Positions 53,001 to 64,000 of a DNA stretch of 64,000 bases are shown here, piece after piece. Below the pieces are notes generated by a model, which saw only the letters and a list, made by a program, of their open reading frames with translations, had not been told where the DNA came from and did not search any database. The DNA comes from Massalongia carnosa. Its lineage: Eukaryota. The translations under genes and the position numbers were made by a program. Position 1 is the stretch's first letter. Each line of letters opens with the position of its first letter. Location of the stretch: positions 1,488,001 to 1,552,000 of the forward strand of contig OZ287071.1 in assembly GCA_965645245.1 (NCBI GenBank). The letters are read 5' to 3'.

Positions 53001-55137
53001 GTCTCTCTTGAAGCGATCACTAAATCTCTTTTCCTGAGGATACTTTCCAGACGGAAATCAAGGCGTTCATGTTGAAGAGAATTTCAAGACTTGGGATAAG
53101 AAAACATTGATTAGTCCTGCTCTACTGCAGATTTTGGTTCCAGCCCTTTGGGATGTAAACCGTCGTGCCCATTTTTTTTCTCTCCTCCTAGCTGCGTCAA
53201 GAAACATGCCAATTCTCGTATTTATTTTCTTATACTTTTCCTACGAAGGATAGGTAGCTCCATCCTCGCCCCAGATCGATTATACATAATGAAAAAGCAC
53301 ACAATGCCGGCAAACCCCTCACTAGCTAACTGTTAAAGGGGGTTGTCGGCCCACCGAAGTTTTTCCGGCCGAAGCCCTACCTTCTTCGTATTAACCCTCC
53401 CTCCCACCAATCTGATTTTCCAAAGATAAATATTCTTTTAAGGAAACACCCTATCACTAACAAACCCGCTCCTGTAGTATAGTCAAGTGGTCTAAAGTAT
53501 AACAAGGTAACGGCCACTTCGCAAACGCACACCTCCACGGTTCGAATCCACGACAAGCCGGACAGAGATGTACAAATGAACGGATGCATTATTAACAGCA
53601 TTCGCTCATTTGGAACTCTTTTGCTGATGGAGTCGATGGGGGTTTTTATCATGGAATGACTTTAAATTTTAATTTGAGAAATAGATTTTTTGCTTCCTCA
53701 ATGGAGGATCACATACTTTGCGTTTATGACGGATAACTGTTTGGGGAAAGGAATAACAATCTCAAGTTTAGAATTCTTCTATCATTTCCGTTCATCACAC
53801 TGAAATATATTTAGCATGTAATCACAGCGTACGCTTCACGCATATGCTTTCAGTCCAACTGCCCCTTTCATCATTTCACTCTTCACCTCAACAATATCAG
53901 GATTGAGCAACAGCTTTTTGTCAAATGCTGCATTCATTAACTTCGAGACGATCATAACTAACCCGGTTTCTTTTTAAGGGAAGTAAAGCATGAGGATTTT
54001 CATGGTATTTTCATGGTATTTCTGTCAAGATGAACCTGCCTATGGGACGCTCTGTGAGTCTCGCTCGCTTTCGTTGCTTGATGTTTTTTTTTCATAACAT
54101 TAACTTCTGGACTTAACTGGAGGGTATTTTTCCATTAATCTGGGCCGATTGAATGCACACGAAGCTCAACCTTTTTGGACTGTGATGGGAAGCAGCATCT
54201 TAGAGGAGAGCGGCCTGACTTTACAGGGCTAATGACGGGTTCTGGCTTGTCTCTCAACAGCACCATGGAGCGTGCGGGTCTAATAGCAGAGCTGCCAAAG
54301 CAGGCCGGAGGGAAACCAGGGGGTAGGCACAGCTGAAAAATGTGGGGTTTTTTAGGCCGACCACGGGCATTAGACGAAGAAGCCACAGGGACAACAGACA
54401 CTGCTAGGTTGTTACATAGGCCTATCATGGCCACAAGAAGAACGACAAGAGCGCGAGAAAGTTGACTTCATAACTTTTTCGTCTCGCAAGAGAGTATAAA
54501 GAACATACGTATATCCATAACTAGTTGTTACCGCGCAGGTAAATACATACTCTACATCAAGAAGCTTGCCCAAAAACCCCCAAACGAAACCATCCCCTCC
54601 GTCTTTCATTCTCCTTATATACATAGGTAGTTTACTCATCTTCCATATACCACCTACCTACTTATCCATCTATCCAGTATATCGTCAACCTCCCCCCCAC
54701 GTTTTCCCTTCGCAAAACGCAAAACCTTCCAAAAGAGCAACCAACCATGAACACATTTCTGATGCGTTTTGTATAGTTTTGGTGCATAGAATCCGGCTAG
54801 CTAGCTAGCCGTTCGTCTTTTCATTTCCTTTCTTCCCTCCCCACCTCTAACCGGGGGCCCACCCGGAGAAGGAGGGCTAAATGGCTCGGGGTCACTCCCG
54901 TTAGGGTTTGGTACCACCTTGGCGCACCCCCCCCCCCCCCTTAGAGCTTCCGGTAACTAAAGCCCCTTATCTACGGCTTTTTGTATATCCGGGCCAGGAG
55001 TAACTACTATATGCTTGCTTAGCCAGGCCCCCCTGGGGACCTTGAGAGCTTTTTTTTTTTCTCACAAAGGCATCCATCCATCCATCCGTCCCAGGGATGC
55101 CCTGTATGCTAGGCTGGACATGGGGTTGTTCTTCGTG

Positions 55138-55207
55138 CTTTCTTCTTCTTCTTCTTCTTGTTGTTGTTGTTTGTTTTGTTGTTGTTTTTGTTGTTTTTTT
55201 GTTGTTT
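55138..55207. repeat. Compound (CTT)n/(GTT)n microsatellite
   Basis: A run of ctt repeats followed by imperfect gtt repeats. Confidence 0.85.
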
Positions 55208-55733
55208 GGGTGCTTCTTCATGCTTCTCTGTTGCTCTCTTGCTGCTTTCTGGCGAAGTTTTCCATGCTTCTTCGTTAAAGCGATCATGCTATCTTTTCAA
55301 GAACGAAAACGGGCAATCATCAATCTTATATTCGTGGTGTATATATACAATATATATAGAATCCCTAAGCCGCGGCGTTCACATGATCTCTTGCTGAGCG
55401 AGATAATGCTGTTTTGCTCCCGCGCTAAGGACCATTTCGATGTCCTGCTCTCTGATGCTCCCTTTCTGCTCCCCTATGCTCTCTTTTTGCTTCCCCATGC
55501 CTCCCTTCTGCCTTCTTCTGCCCCCTCCTGCCCCCTTCTGCCCCCTTCTTGCTCCTTCTCCTCCGCCGCCTTTTATTCTCAACACCCTACTCTATTCCCT
55601 CCTCCGCTGACAAGGTTGCGCTACCAGCCTAGCTCAGAAGTGACAACATCTCACGCGCAGGACTCCGGAGTCGGATCCAGCGGTTCCCTCGATTCTAGGA
55701 ACAGAAATCATATCATCTCACTGATTTTGAAAA

Positions 55734-58100
55734 TCATAGCAGTACTAACGCAGGTTTTATCCTTCTTTCCATTTGGTTGTTGACCGCGCACACTACGCAA
55801 GTGTTTCGACCTCGTATGACAAGGGAGAACGCACTCTCGTCTGTAGAATTGTAGAAATCGTCTAATTGCAGCCATCGGGCATCAGGATTTTCGGAAACGT
55901 AGAAATACCATACATCCGTTGATGGAGGCGAGTCTGGTGAGTGATGGATTGAGAGCTTGGGCAGCTTTTTTGGAACAGCAGTGTCATGTCTAATTACAAC
56001 TCTCTCGGTTGAGTCGTTACGGCTTTTCTCATCTTTAGGCCATTTGGTCTCATAACTGAAATTTGCCAGTCCATCGATAGGAGTCTTCAATAGTGCTGTG
56101 TCTCCATTGCACGGCCCATCGTTCAACCTATCTATCCAGGAGATCACACCAACTGGATCGTTCTCGTCACCACTAGGATGTTGGCAAGGAGCAAGTCGCT
56201 CCGCTCTTACGCAAAGCTCCTGCATCTCTCGAAAGCCAAGCTTATGTTGCTTGTCTGTCTTGTTCATAGACTTCCAATTGAATGTCTGCGTGACTTGGAA
56301 TGCATCTGCGTGATGACCAACAAGGACTTGTCCTTTGGTGGCGCTTCCAACGCCAGGGAAGTAGGTGATATGTGGATCCTTTCTCAAGGTTTCCCCGGTA
56401 GTAAATGACATCCTGATTTGTGTGGGGCCGTCGATTATTCGAGTTTTCCGAAGACTGCGGCGGGTTGGCACGCCGCACATAACGCGCATGGTATCTATAG
56501 AGACGTCTGCTGGATCTATTGCGTCAATGGATTCAAAGAAAATGCTCCAGCCCCAGGCGCTGACAAGAATCGCATTCTTGACGTAGTCCTCGGAATACAT
56601 GTGACCCAAAAGTAACCGCGATAGAATTCCAAACGAGCCGATGAGGTTCAAAGATCGAGTGCTAGTACTGTTAGTGGTAATCTTGTCGATTCCATGATCG
56701 GCTTTCTGCAATCTTTGATGCTCGTACAAAGACAACGGCATGGCAGTACATTTTTGGAGATCCTCTTTCCGTATTCTGGCAAATGTCACCAGAATGGCGA
56801 CCAGGCCAGTCCAGTTGACCTGGTTCATGAGACTTGCCCTTTTTGGAGATAAATTGACGCATGAATCTATGAGCATAAAGTCTAGGTTATCCAGAGCGAA
56901 CAGGAACTGCCCAGCTCGAATAAGTCGCTTTCGGGAAGGATTTCCAGACGCAAAGGAGAGACTGTGCGAGGTGTCCGCCTTTGGGTGTGCTTTCGTAGAA
57001 AAGTGGCTGCTGTTAGGAGAATCATCTGAGATACCAGGCAGAGCGCGGGCAATGATCCAGTGCGAGTAGTAATGCCTCTCATCCTCTGGCACCTTCGCAT
57101 GCTTTAGTGCGGTCATACCGAAGCCATAAGCCTCCGCTCGATTCTCGTAATAAAGAGTTGGATTGCTTTCGTCGCTGGCTAAGGTGAACAAAGGCTCATG
57201 CTGATCTGCCGGGTCCATCAGTGAAGCACCTGCATGCGCGGAGTCACTCTCTTCAACGAGAATGTTGCTTGTGCCTTTGCCAAAAGTGATCTCTGACCCT
57301 CGTAAAGAGACGATCACGGTCAGACCTAGGACGTGGTGACACCAGACTACTGTAGTACTAATTCCAGTATCACATCTGAGGTGGAGTAGTCTGTGTTCAG
57401 GAAAGCTTTGCAAAGATTGCAGCCACATAATTAATGACTGTAGTACAGCGAAAGGCAGAGCACGGGTTGTGACACTATAGGGGTTCGCTATCAACGACGT
57501 ATCCACTTTTCGCCTCTTTGCTGTATGTCTTGTTCGTTTTCCCGGCTCAGCTGGCTTGAGCGCGTCCTGGATTCTTCGTTCGACCGATTCATAGAGAGTC
57601 GCCCATTGGAAGGCAGCCGTTTGCTGTCCACAGGCTCGTAAGGTCCCCAGCAGCGAGACGTAATCTGGCACCATTTCTACCTCCGCTCCCGACTCTTTGA
57701 CTATTCTCTCAATTGCCTCTACCATTGCGTTGGCCAGCGACTCGTGTTCGTGGGCAAAGGCCAGAGCGGAGAGCTGTATTACCATTGAGAAGAGAGCAGG
57801 GTTCTTCATCGCTTCTTGCACTGTAGGTCCTGACCCAGACTCCAGCAAAATATCAATGTACCTCGATATAATCGTCTGATCTGCTTTCGCAACCATTTCT
57901 CGAAAGTGGAACTTGATGACTTCGTCGATACGGTGTCTTCCGATCAGAGAAGCCAGTTTCATCTCCGTAATAACGTCTGATCCAGACTTTTTGATGGCGT
58001 CGACTAGAGCTAAAGATGTGAGAGCTCCAACTGCCTGACTCAATGGATTGACGATGTTCGTCAGCTCCAGACCCAACTGGAATTGCACAGGGAGCGGCAT
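55734..58100 (-). CDS. Intronless 788-aa hypothetical protein with C-terminal CxxC
   Basis: Long uninterrupted ORF with globular-protein composition, ending IRGRNTCVVCAVNNQ...; no domain recognised. Confidence 0.75.
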   Translation of the reverse strand: MPLPVQFQLGLELTNIVNPLSQAVGALTSLALVDAIKKSGSDVITEMKLASLIGRHRIDEVIKFHFREMVAKADQTIISRYIDILLESGSGPTVQEAMKNPALFSMVIQLSALAFAHEHESLANAMVEAIERIVKESGAEVEMVPDYVSLLGTLRACGQQTAAFQWATLYESVERRIQDALKPAEPGKRTRHTAKRRKVDTSLIANPYSVTTRALPFAVLQSLIMWLQSLQSFPEHRLLHLRCDTGISTTVVWCHHVLGLTVIVSLRGSEITFGKGTSNILVEESDSAHAGASLMDPADQHEPLFTLASDESNPTLYYENRAEAYGFGMTALKHAKVPEDERHYYSHWIIARALPGISDDSPNSSHFSTKAHPKADTSHSLSFASGNPSRKRLIRAGQFLFALDNLDFMLIDSCVNLSPKRASLMNQVNWTGLVAILVTFARIRKEDLQKCTAMPLSLYEHQRLQKADHGIDKITTNSTSTRSLNLIGSFGILSRLLLGHMYSEDYVKNAILVSAWGWSIFFESIDAIDPADVSIDTMRVMCGVPTRRSLRKTRIIDGPTQIRMSFTTGETLRKDPHITYFPGVGSATKGQVLVGHHADAFQVTQTFNWKSMNKTDKQHKLGFREMQELCVRAERLAPCQHPSGDENDPVGVISWIDRLNDGPCNGDTALLKTPIDGLANFSYETKWPKDEKSRNDSTERVVIRHDTAVPKKLPKLSIHHSPDSPPSTDVWYFYVSENPDARWLQLDDFYNSTDESAFSLVIRGRNTCVVCAVNNQMERRIKPALVLL

Positions 58101-61100
58101 TTTAAGAAGGTTTCTTGCGTCTTATTCTCCTCTCGCGCTCCTCTGGCGCAATGGGGTTGGCTCATGCTACTGCTCCTTCGATGCCATTAGATACAATGGG
58201 GCCATTGGAAACCCAACAGCAACAACGGCGGGGTGCTAGGTTAGCCAGTGATGACCAACAGCTAATCGAGCAAAAAGGAATCTGCTCAGATGGGTAGAGT
58301 CAAAGACCGACGTTCCTTGTGCCAAGACTCAAGATTGGTTGTAACGCGCACCCAAATTACAACCGAAGTAACTAACCTGGGTGACGACTAGTGCCCTAAC
58401 CAGGCTCGCCAGGGAACGCTAAATAAATCATGACAATAAATATCCCACATGCGGAGTACTACACTTGGGAATAGAATCAATGAGATGATATCAGCTAAAT
58501 CAATGAGTCAGAATCGACCAAGTCTGAGTCCTGAAGAAGAGACATCAATCACGAACCGGATTTTCTATGTCTGTAGGACCGCTTGTCACCACTTGTTGAG
58601 CAAACTCGCTAGTTAGGGCTATGGAATTGCTTCGGAAAAAGCGCGATACAGAGTCATCAGGAGTCGATTGAACATGAAACATCCCTTGATCGCTGTCCTG
58701 ACCTTAAGTCTATGTACATTTCTCCCTTGGCGAAGGAACGCCTATTTGTCGTGGGGCAGAGACGGACATTGCGACGCGAGACAGTTTGGTGGGAAGCTTG
58801 GCAGAGCACGGAGCATACGAGTATCTACCTCGTGTTTACCCACCAGCGCTAAAACTAAAAAGATCAGAACAAGCCCAAATCTCTATGGAACTGTCTGAAA
58901 CCTTCAGAATCATCAATTCATATGGTTATAAACTCAATACATAATGTCCTGAGATTGGAGATTTTCTTTCGTTATCACAATCATTATGGCAGTTGATTTT
59001 AATTTTGTGGTTAGTAATCAGGAAGATTAACTTAGCGGCCGCGTCAAGCGCTGGTGCAAAAGGAGGTAAACACACGTGACACAGTAAGGCGAACTCCGCC
59101 CCGAGGATGACTTGCTTATCCATCCACTCCTTTCTTGCAGCATCTATCTGAGATGTCAAAGAAGTTCTGGAAGGCAGAAGAGCAGATGATCATTTCTGTA
59201 GATCGAAAGGGCTGACTTAGCAAGAATTAACTAGGCTAACTGATTAGGAAAAATGCGTTCCCGTTTTCTGAGCACTTCTTTTTATCATTACTGAAAAAAA
59301 CCAACATATTCCTGCAAAGGTAAAAATTTCTTATTTCTATTGCATCTGTCGATAGCGAAGACATCCTATTTTGATCACTCGATGATGACACAGACAATGT
59401 AAAACGCTTGTTTCCTGAGCGAGCGGTTTTATCTAAATGGGTAGATATATGAAAGTTTCAACGATTTTCATAAGCGCACCTCCTCCTGTGACATGATTCC
59501 TTGTTCATCATCGAGATCAAGTTTGTCTCATCACTCAGAAAATTCTTCAGAAGAAATGAAAAGATATATATTCATCACATTTGAACCCGATTCCGGAAGC
59601 TTAGATTTGTTTGGCAAAGCTTTAGGCAAGAAACCGGGGGTTTCCTTGTCATTGGACGCGACTGAATAGCTAGCCCTCCCGGGGGGGGCTCTGGTTTATC
59701 GAGTGGAGATCTTTGGCTAAGTAACTACTGCCGCCGCATCTCGGATCGCCTCCTCCTTGACCGCTTATATGCTTATGATGGCGGGTTGAATGAGTGCCTT
59801 AGGGCCCTTACCTTATAACGACTGCCCCTTAACTCGATTTTTTATCTGTTTTTATTAGTGTAAAATATGATCGATATGATATCTTTTGTCAATGCTATCT
59901 CTATGAGGTTCTCTCACCTTACTAGATCAGACTAGAGGAGATTAGAGATGTCAGCATCCTGGATCCTAACCATCGGGCATCTAGTTTTCTTTCCCCCCGC
60001 CGACCACAATCAATGGTGTGCTTCCGGACAATCACCAGTTCTTGTTGATTGGGTGTTGAGAATAAAATCTTTGGACTTGTTACTCTAGCGGGTCAATGTG
60101 GAGACTTTGGTAGCGGTGGACGCAGATCTGTCCTCGTCATACAGCTTCGGGTCCTCATGGTTATCTCCGCCTTCTCTATCGTTCTTCTTTAATAGCGTAG
60201 AACTTGAGCGAGTCATTAATGTCACAGCTTTAGATAAGAAATCCAGTAGCAATGCTGCTGTGTGTGAGATCGGATCGTCTGATGGATGGATAAATGTGCT
60301 GTTTTGCGGACTCGAATAATTCCACGGCTGATCTTGAGTTCAGAATAAAGTACCTAACAAACGCCACGGAAGGCGAGTTTCGCCGTGGCACCATTGGTAT
60401 ACCTCGGCAAACGAGCAACGACGATTGAAGAAAAATCACCCGGAGCAGATCGCACAGCAACCAGATCTCCCTTTTCCACAACAGACTTTGCGCTTTTCAA
60501 GCTCTTGTAGACTCTTCCTCAATTTTTACATTTCTCCACATCATGCGTTCATAACCTGTTAACGAGTAATAGTAAGAGTACCTGTATGCGTCTAAATAGA
60601 GCGAAGTCGGTTGACTTGGGACGGCAACGGGTAATGAGAGAACGAAGACTGTACGCAAAAAGGGGAAGATCGGATGATGATCCCCACCGGTGCATCATAG
60701 AAGGACAAGTGTAAAAGAATGGGAGATAGTGCATAAATGGAAAGATGAGAAAATATCACCACCCTTCCTAAACTTCATGTCGCCCGAGTGCGGTCTTGAA
60801 TTTGGAAATATTCGGAAGACGATATTGAACGACTCGAAGGATTAGAAGAATCGTCATCACGAACCCAGAAATAAAGAATCTCGAAGTTCAACTGCGTAAA
60901 GATCTCAAAAATTGACTGTTATAATCTTGTGAAGCTTCTACAATCTTCGTGGAAATTCGAGAAATGCCAATGATCACTCCAAAGCTGTCCTGCCCAATCA
61001 GTCGAGCCGACTCCGACTTCTTGTTGTCGGGCGAGTAGCACATGCAAACTTAAAATCCATCGCCAACTCGACTATATTAATCGACCAGGCAGTAGACGCT

Positions 61101-62605
61101 AAGGCTGAGTTTCATCGACTGGCCGGGTATCGCTCTGGCTTGAGTTCTCGACATCTTGTAGATATTTAGCATTCCATTGTTCTCTCCCAAGTATCAATGT
61201 GCTTTCCATATGCTTTCGGCGTAGGCGCCTTCTAGCTCCGTGAAGTCTGACGTATCCTCTTTGAGAGTCTTCTTCTGTTTTTTTAAAAATAGTACAAGAT
61301 AGTTTTTATTTTTGAGGACCAGCTCCTTCAGTTTTTTCTTATGATTTCTCTCTCGGTCTCATTTGCCTCTAAAGCATCACGAGGGTCTTCTCCATACATG
61401 AACGTGTACAATCCACCGCTGTCGGTTTCATTATATATATTTTCAGGATTTCGAGGTTTTTTTAGTGGCTGAAGAGTATTGGATACTGCGCTCGCAGTTC
61501 TGCCATTTGATTCGATTAAGGCTTTCTTGCATAGCGGTGGACGTTAGCGGAGCATATATTTAAGAAGAAGAATAAAGGCTTTGAAGGTTTGGTATTCTAT
61601 CGTAGCCGAGTTCGATGAAGACAGAATAATCAGGTAGTGTAATAAACAAAGATACAATTTCATATTAGCATTTGCTTCTGATCGACATCAACTAAGAAAC
61701 TTCTCCTGCATCGTACTCTCCTCGTACCTTGGCTCTCGGCGAACGCACCAGCTCACTTCGAGCCAATATGGAATGTATAAAAGTACTGCCGCAACAAAGG
61801 CAACTCGTTGGCTGAACTTATAATAATAGGATTTTGTTTAGATCCTTTGGTGCAGATACAAGTTGTAGTACCCAAATTAGACTTGATATCCCTTCATGAA
61901 GACGCCATTACAATTCGCTCGAAGAGACTCGTAAAGGTTTACCGCCCTGTGGATGCTGCCTCGGCTGAAGCAATTCTAGCAGCTCCAGCTCCAGCACGGC
62001 GAAGCTCGACCATAGAAATCGACTTGCTAGCAAATTATCTCAGAGCTCCTATGGAAACGATATTCGTCAGAAGTAAGATGTAACTGACGAATCGCGATTC
62101 TACTGGCGATGGATCTCTGGTTACAATAAATTCTATGTTCCTCGAGGTAGGACATATGTTCGCCGAAAAATGTGTTGATTATTGGTAACAATGACTTGGC
62201 ATGATTTTTTGAAATTTTCGGTATAAGAAGTTCTCACAATAATTCGATTTTTACAAAAATGATGCAAATTTAACCAAGTCTTGTTTGTAAATCTTCTTGC
62301 ACGTCAATTAACGTTTGTTAAGGCGTGTTATTTTCTTCTTGTACTAAGAGCTGACATTTTGTTAAATTTTAATGTGGGTCTTAAAAATTTAAAACTCATG
62401 ATGTTTCTTTCTATTTTTATGATAATCATTTTCATCTAGTAACACCATTCATAATCTTCAAGATTATCATGCCGATAGCGGCCGATGATTCTTAGAAGAC
62501 TTCCAAGCGCACAACGAAAAGAACAGCACCGAAAGGGAAAAGAAAGAGTCTGAAAGACCAAGCCCGAGGAGTTGGCAAATGTTGAATATCCAACTCCTAC
62601 CAGCA

Positions 62606-62652
62606 CAATGAACACGTATTAGTTCAATGAACACCTATCAGTTCAATGAACA
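62606..62652. repeat. 19-bp tandem repeat, 2.5 copies
   Basis: CAATGAACACGTATTAGTT / CAATGAACACCTATCAGTT / CAATGAACA. Confidence 0.8.
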
Positions 62653-62688
62653 TAGCACCTACGGCTGCCCTATATGGACAGACCTACG

Positions 62689-64000
62689 CACGCGGGGGAC
62701 AAAAAAAAAACTACACCAAAATTTAACCGGGTTCAAGCCCCCACCAAAACACAAGCAATTTCCATACAATTTTGATGGGATAATCACCATTTCAACAACC
62801 AGTCATCCAATTCATTCAATCTATTCAATAACCAGTCATTTTACCCTCACCATCCAAAACAGCTCTCGATCTATCTGGCATAGTAGACACCCGTTCATTG
62901 ATAAATGCCTGGGAAACGTTCGCCCACCCCTCATAAATTAGCCCCTTGGTCGTATCATCATCCCAATGAGGATATTTTTTTAAATATTGCTTCGGGGCCT
63001 GCCAGCAATTTTCTATGGGGGCCAAATCAGGTGAACATGGACAGTTGAAATAGTGCTTCAGATCATTGTTCTGCTTCCAAGTGCGTACAATGTTTGATTT
63101 GCCTGGTCCATGTCCAGAATCACCGTCTTCTTCTAAGACGAAATCGCGTTTTGCTTCAATTGTAATGGGCTACGAGACCAGTAAGCTTATCACGAGCGAC
63201 ACTGATCTCGAAAGGGGAAATGCTCAGCGTGAGAGGTGGAAGATAGCTACTACGTGCTGGTCTCCGAGAGTATATGTGATCCAAAGAACTAATCGATGTG
63301 GAAGTGCTCAGACCAAGAGATCTCGTCCGAGACCCAAACGTAGGTTGTTCATAGAATAAAGACTAATTGCTAACGAATACTACAAGATTCGTTCTGGTAT
63401 TTATCCTACTCACCCCAAGCCTATAGCCTTCGACTGAATCTATATCTACACTGCGGACCTGCCTCTAGACACAAGGTCTAGACCACAAGGTCATGTAGGT
63501 TCATTCAGCCGACATCACTACCAACGTAGCAATAAAGGTTGAAGCTGAAGTTTACACCGGGGAGGCCGAGCTCAAGCTGCGTCAAGCTAGCCGTGCCTCC
63601 TGCTACAACTCTTGATCCATCAAGAGATCGAGTAGCTCCGGGTAGGCCAGTAGATTCCATATAGAGTTCACGGCTTCTCCACAGGAGTTCGCCTTACTCC
63701 ATGGCAATCTACCACCACGGCCTCGGCAGGTGTTTGATCTGTAAGCAGTCTAGAACGTAGTAACAACTAATTCGGAGTTGTGTGGCAAGGTGGCGTCGTG
63801 TCAACCTCGACGGCTGTGCGACTAAGTACTACGGCCTGGCTCATGCTAGTTAATCCCGCAACCGCCGTAGGCGATCACGTATCCTTCTAGCGCCATCCGT
63901 ATTACATCAATCCAGGCTTCACAATAGGCTCCAATATAGAGTCGATATAGACTCGTTGACTCATCTTTCCATTGAAGTTTCCAGGAACTTTGTAAAAGTA
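62689..64000 (-). mobile_element. IS630/Tc1-like DD37E transposon (element E), 3' part, with CACGCGG terminus; interrupted by a solo LTR and running off the window
   Basis: Minus strand reads YFYKVPGNFNGKMSQRVYIDSILEPIVKP(W)|IEAKRDFVLEEDGDSGHG...SPDLAPIENCW...GKMTGY* (stop at 62825). Terminus CACGCGGGGGACAAAA at 62689. Confidence 0.85.
63161..63906. mobile_element. Solo LTR (746 bp) inserted in the element E transposase
   Basis: TGTAAT...ATTACA inverted ends; 5-bp TSD TCAAT at 63156-63160 and 63907-63911; transposase sequence continues across it. Confidence 0.9.

Noticed and set aside
54895..54950. TTAGGG and poly-C as an interstitial telomere
   Set aside because: Only a single unit, with no array.
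55097..55783. 228-aa hydrophobic ORF
   Set aside because: It arises from microsatellite and pyrimidine-rich low-complexity sequence.
62148..62600. Possible end of another DNA transposon hosting element E
   Set aside because: AT-rich and suggestive, but no partner TIR or recognisable ORF lies within the window.
62606..62652. CRISPR-like repeat
   Set aside because: The units are directly tandem with no spacers, in a eukaryotic context.

Overview
Intron-containing genomic DNA from a filamentous ascomycete (Pezizomycotina; a lichen-forming Lecanoromycete is plausible but cannot be shown from this window). The first ~32 kb is a dense block of housekeeping genes: SAF1/pof9-like F-box-RCC1, DCN1, MVP1, LAG1-type ceramide synthase, VPS38, MHR1, UTP8, ELG1, a secreted 8-Cys protein, a GH127-like hydrolase, an F-box protein and palH/RIM21. 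From 32.6 to 46.1 kb, a CAP10/GT90 gene is flanked by nested transposons: four IS630/Tc1-mariner elements, a MITE and a 5.2-kb Tad1-like LINE. MRPL10, an amino-acid permease, a 788-aa unknown protein, decayed sequence, and a fifth Tc1-like element split by a solo LTR follow. The most unusual signal is a set of three elements (32854-34276, 39225-39487, 62689-end) sharing CACG(C/T)GG...CAAAA termini. Two of them encode DD37E/DD38E Tc1-like transposases, and the two complete ones lack TA target duplications; the MITE has a clean 5-bp TSD. Other notable points: TA-N5-TA motifs matching the terminus of a DD41E element (candidate 5-nt excision footprints), a 1957-nt intron in DCN1, and an in-frame TAG in palH followed by 126 open codons. 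All coordinates and counts were derived by eye; no database searches were run.
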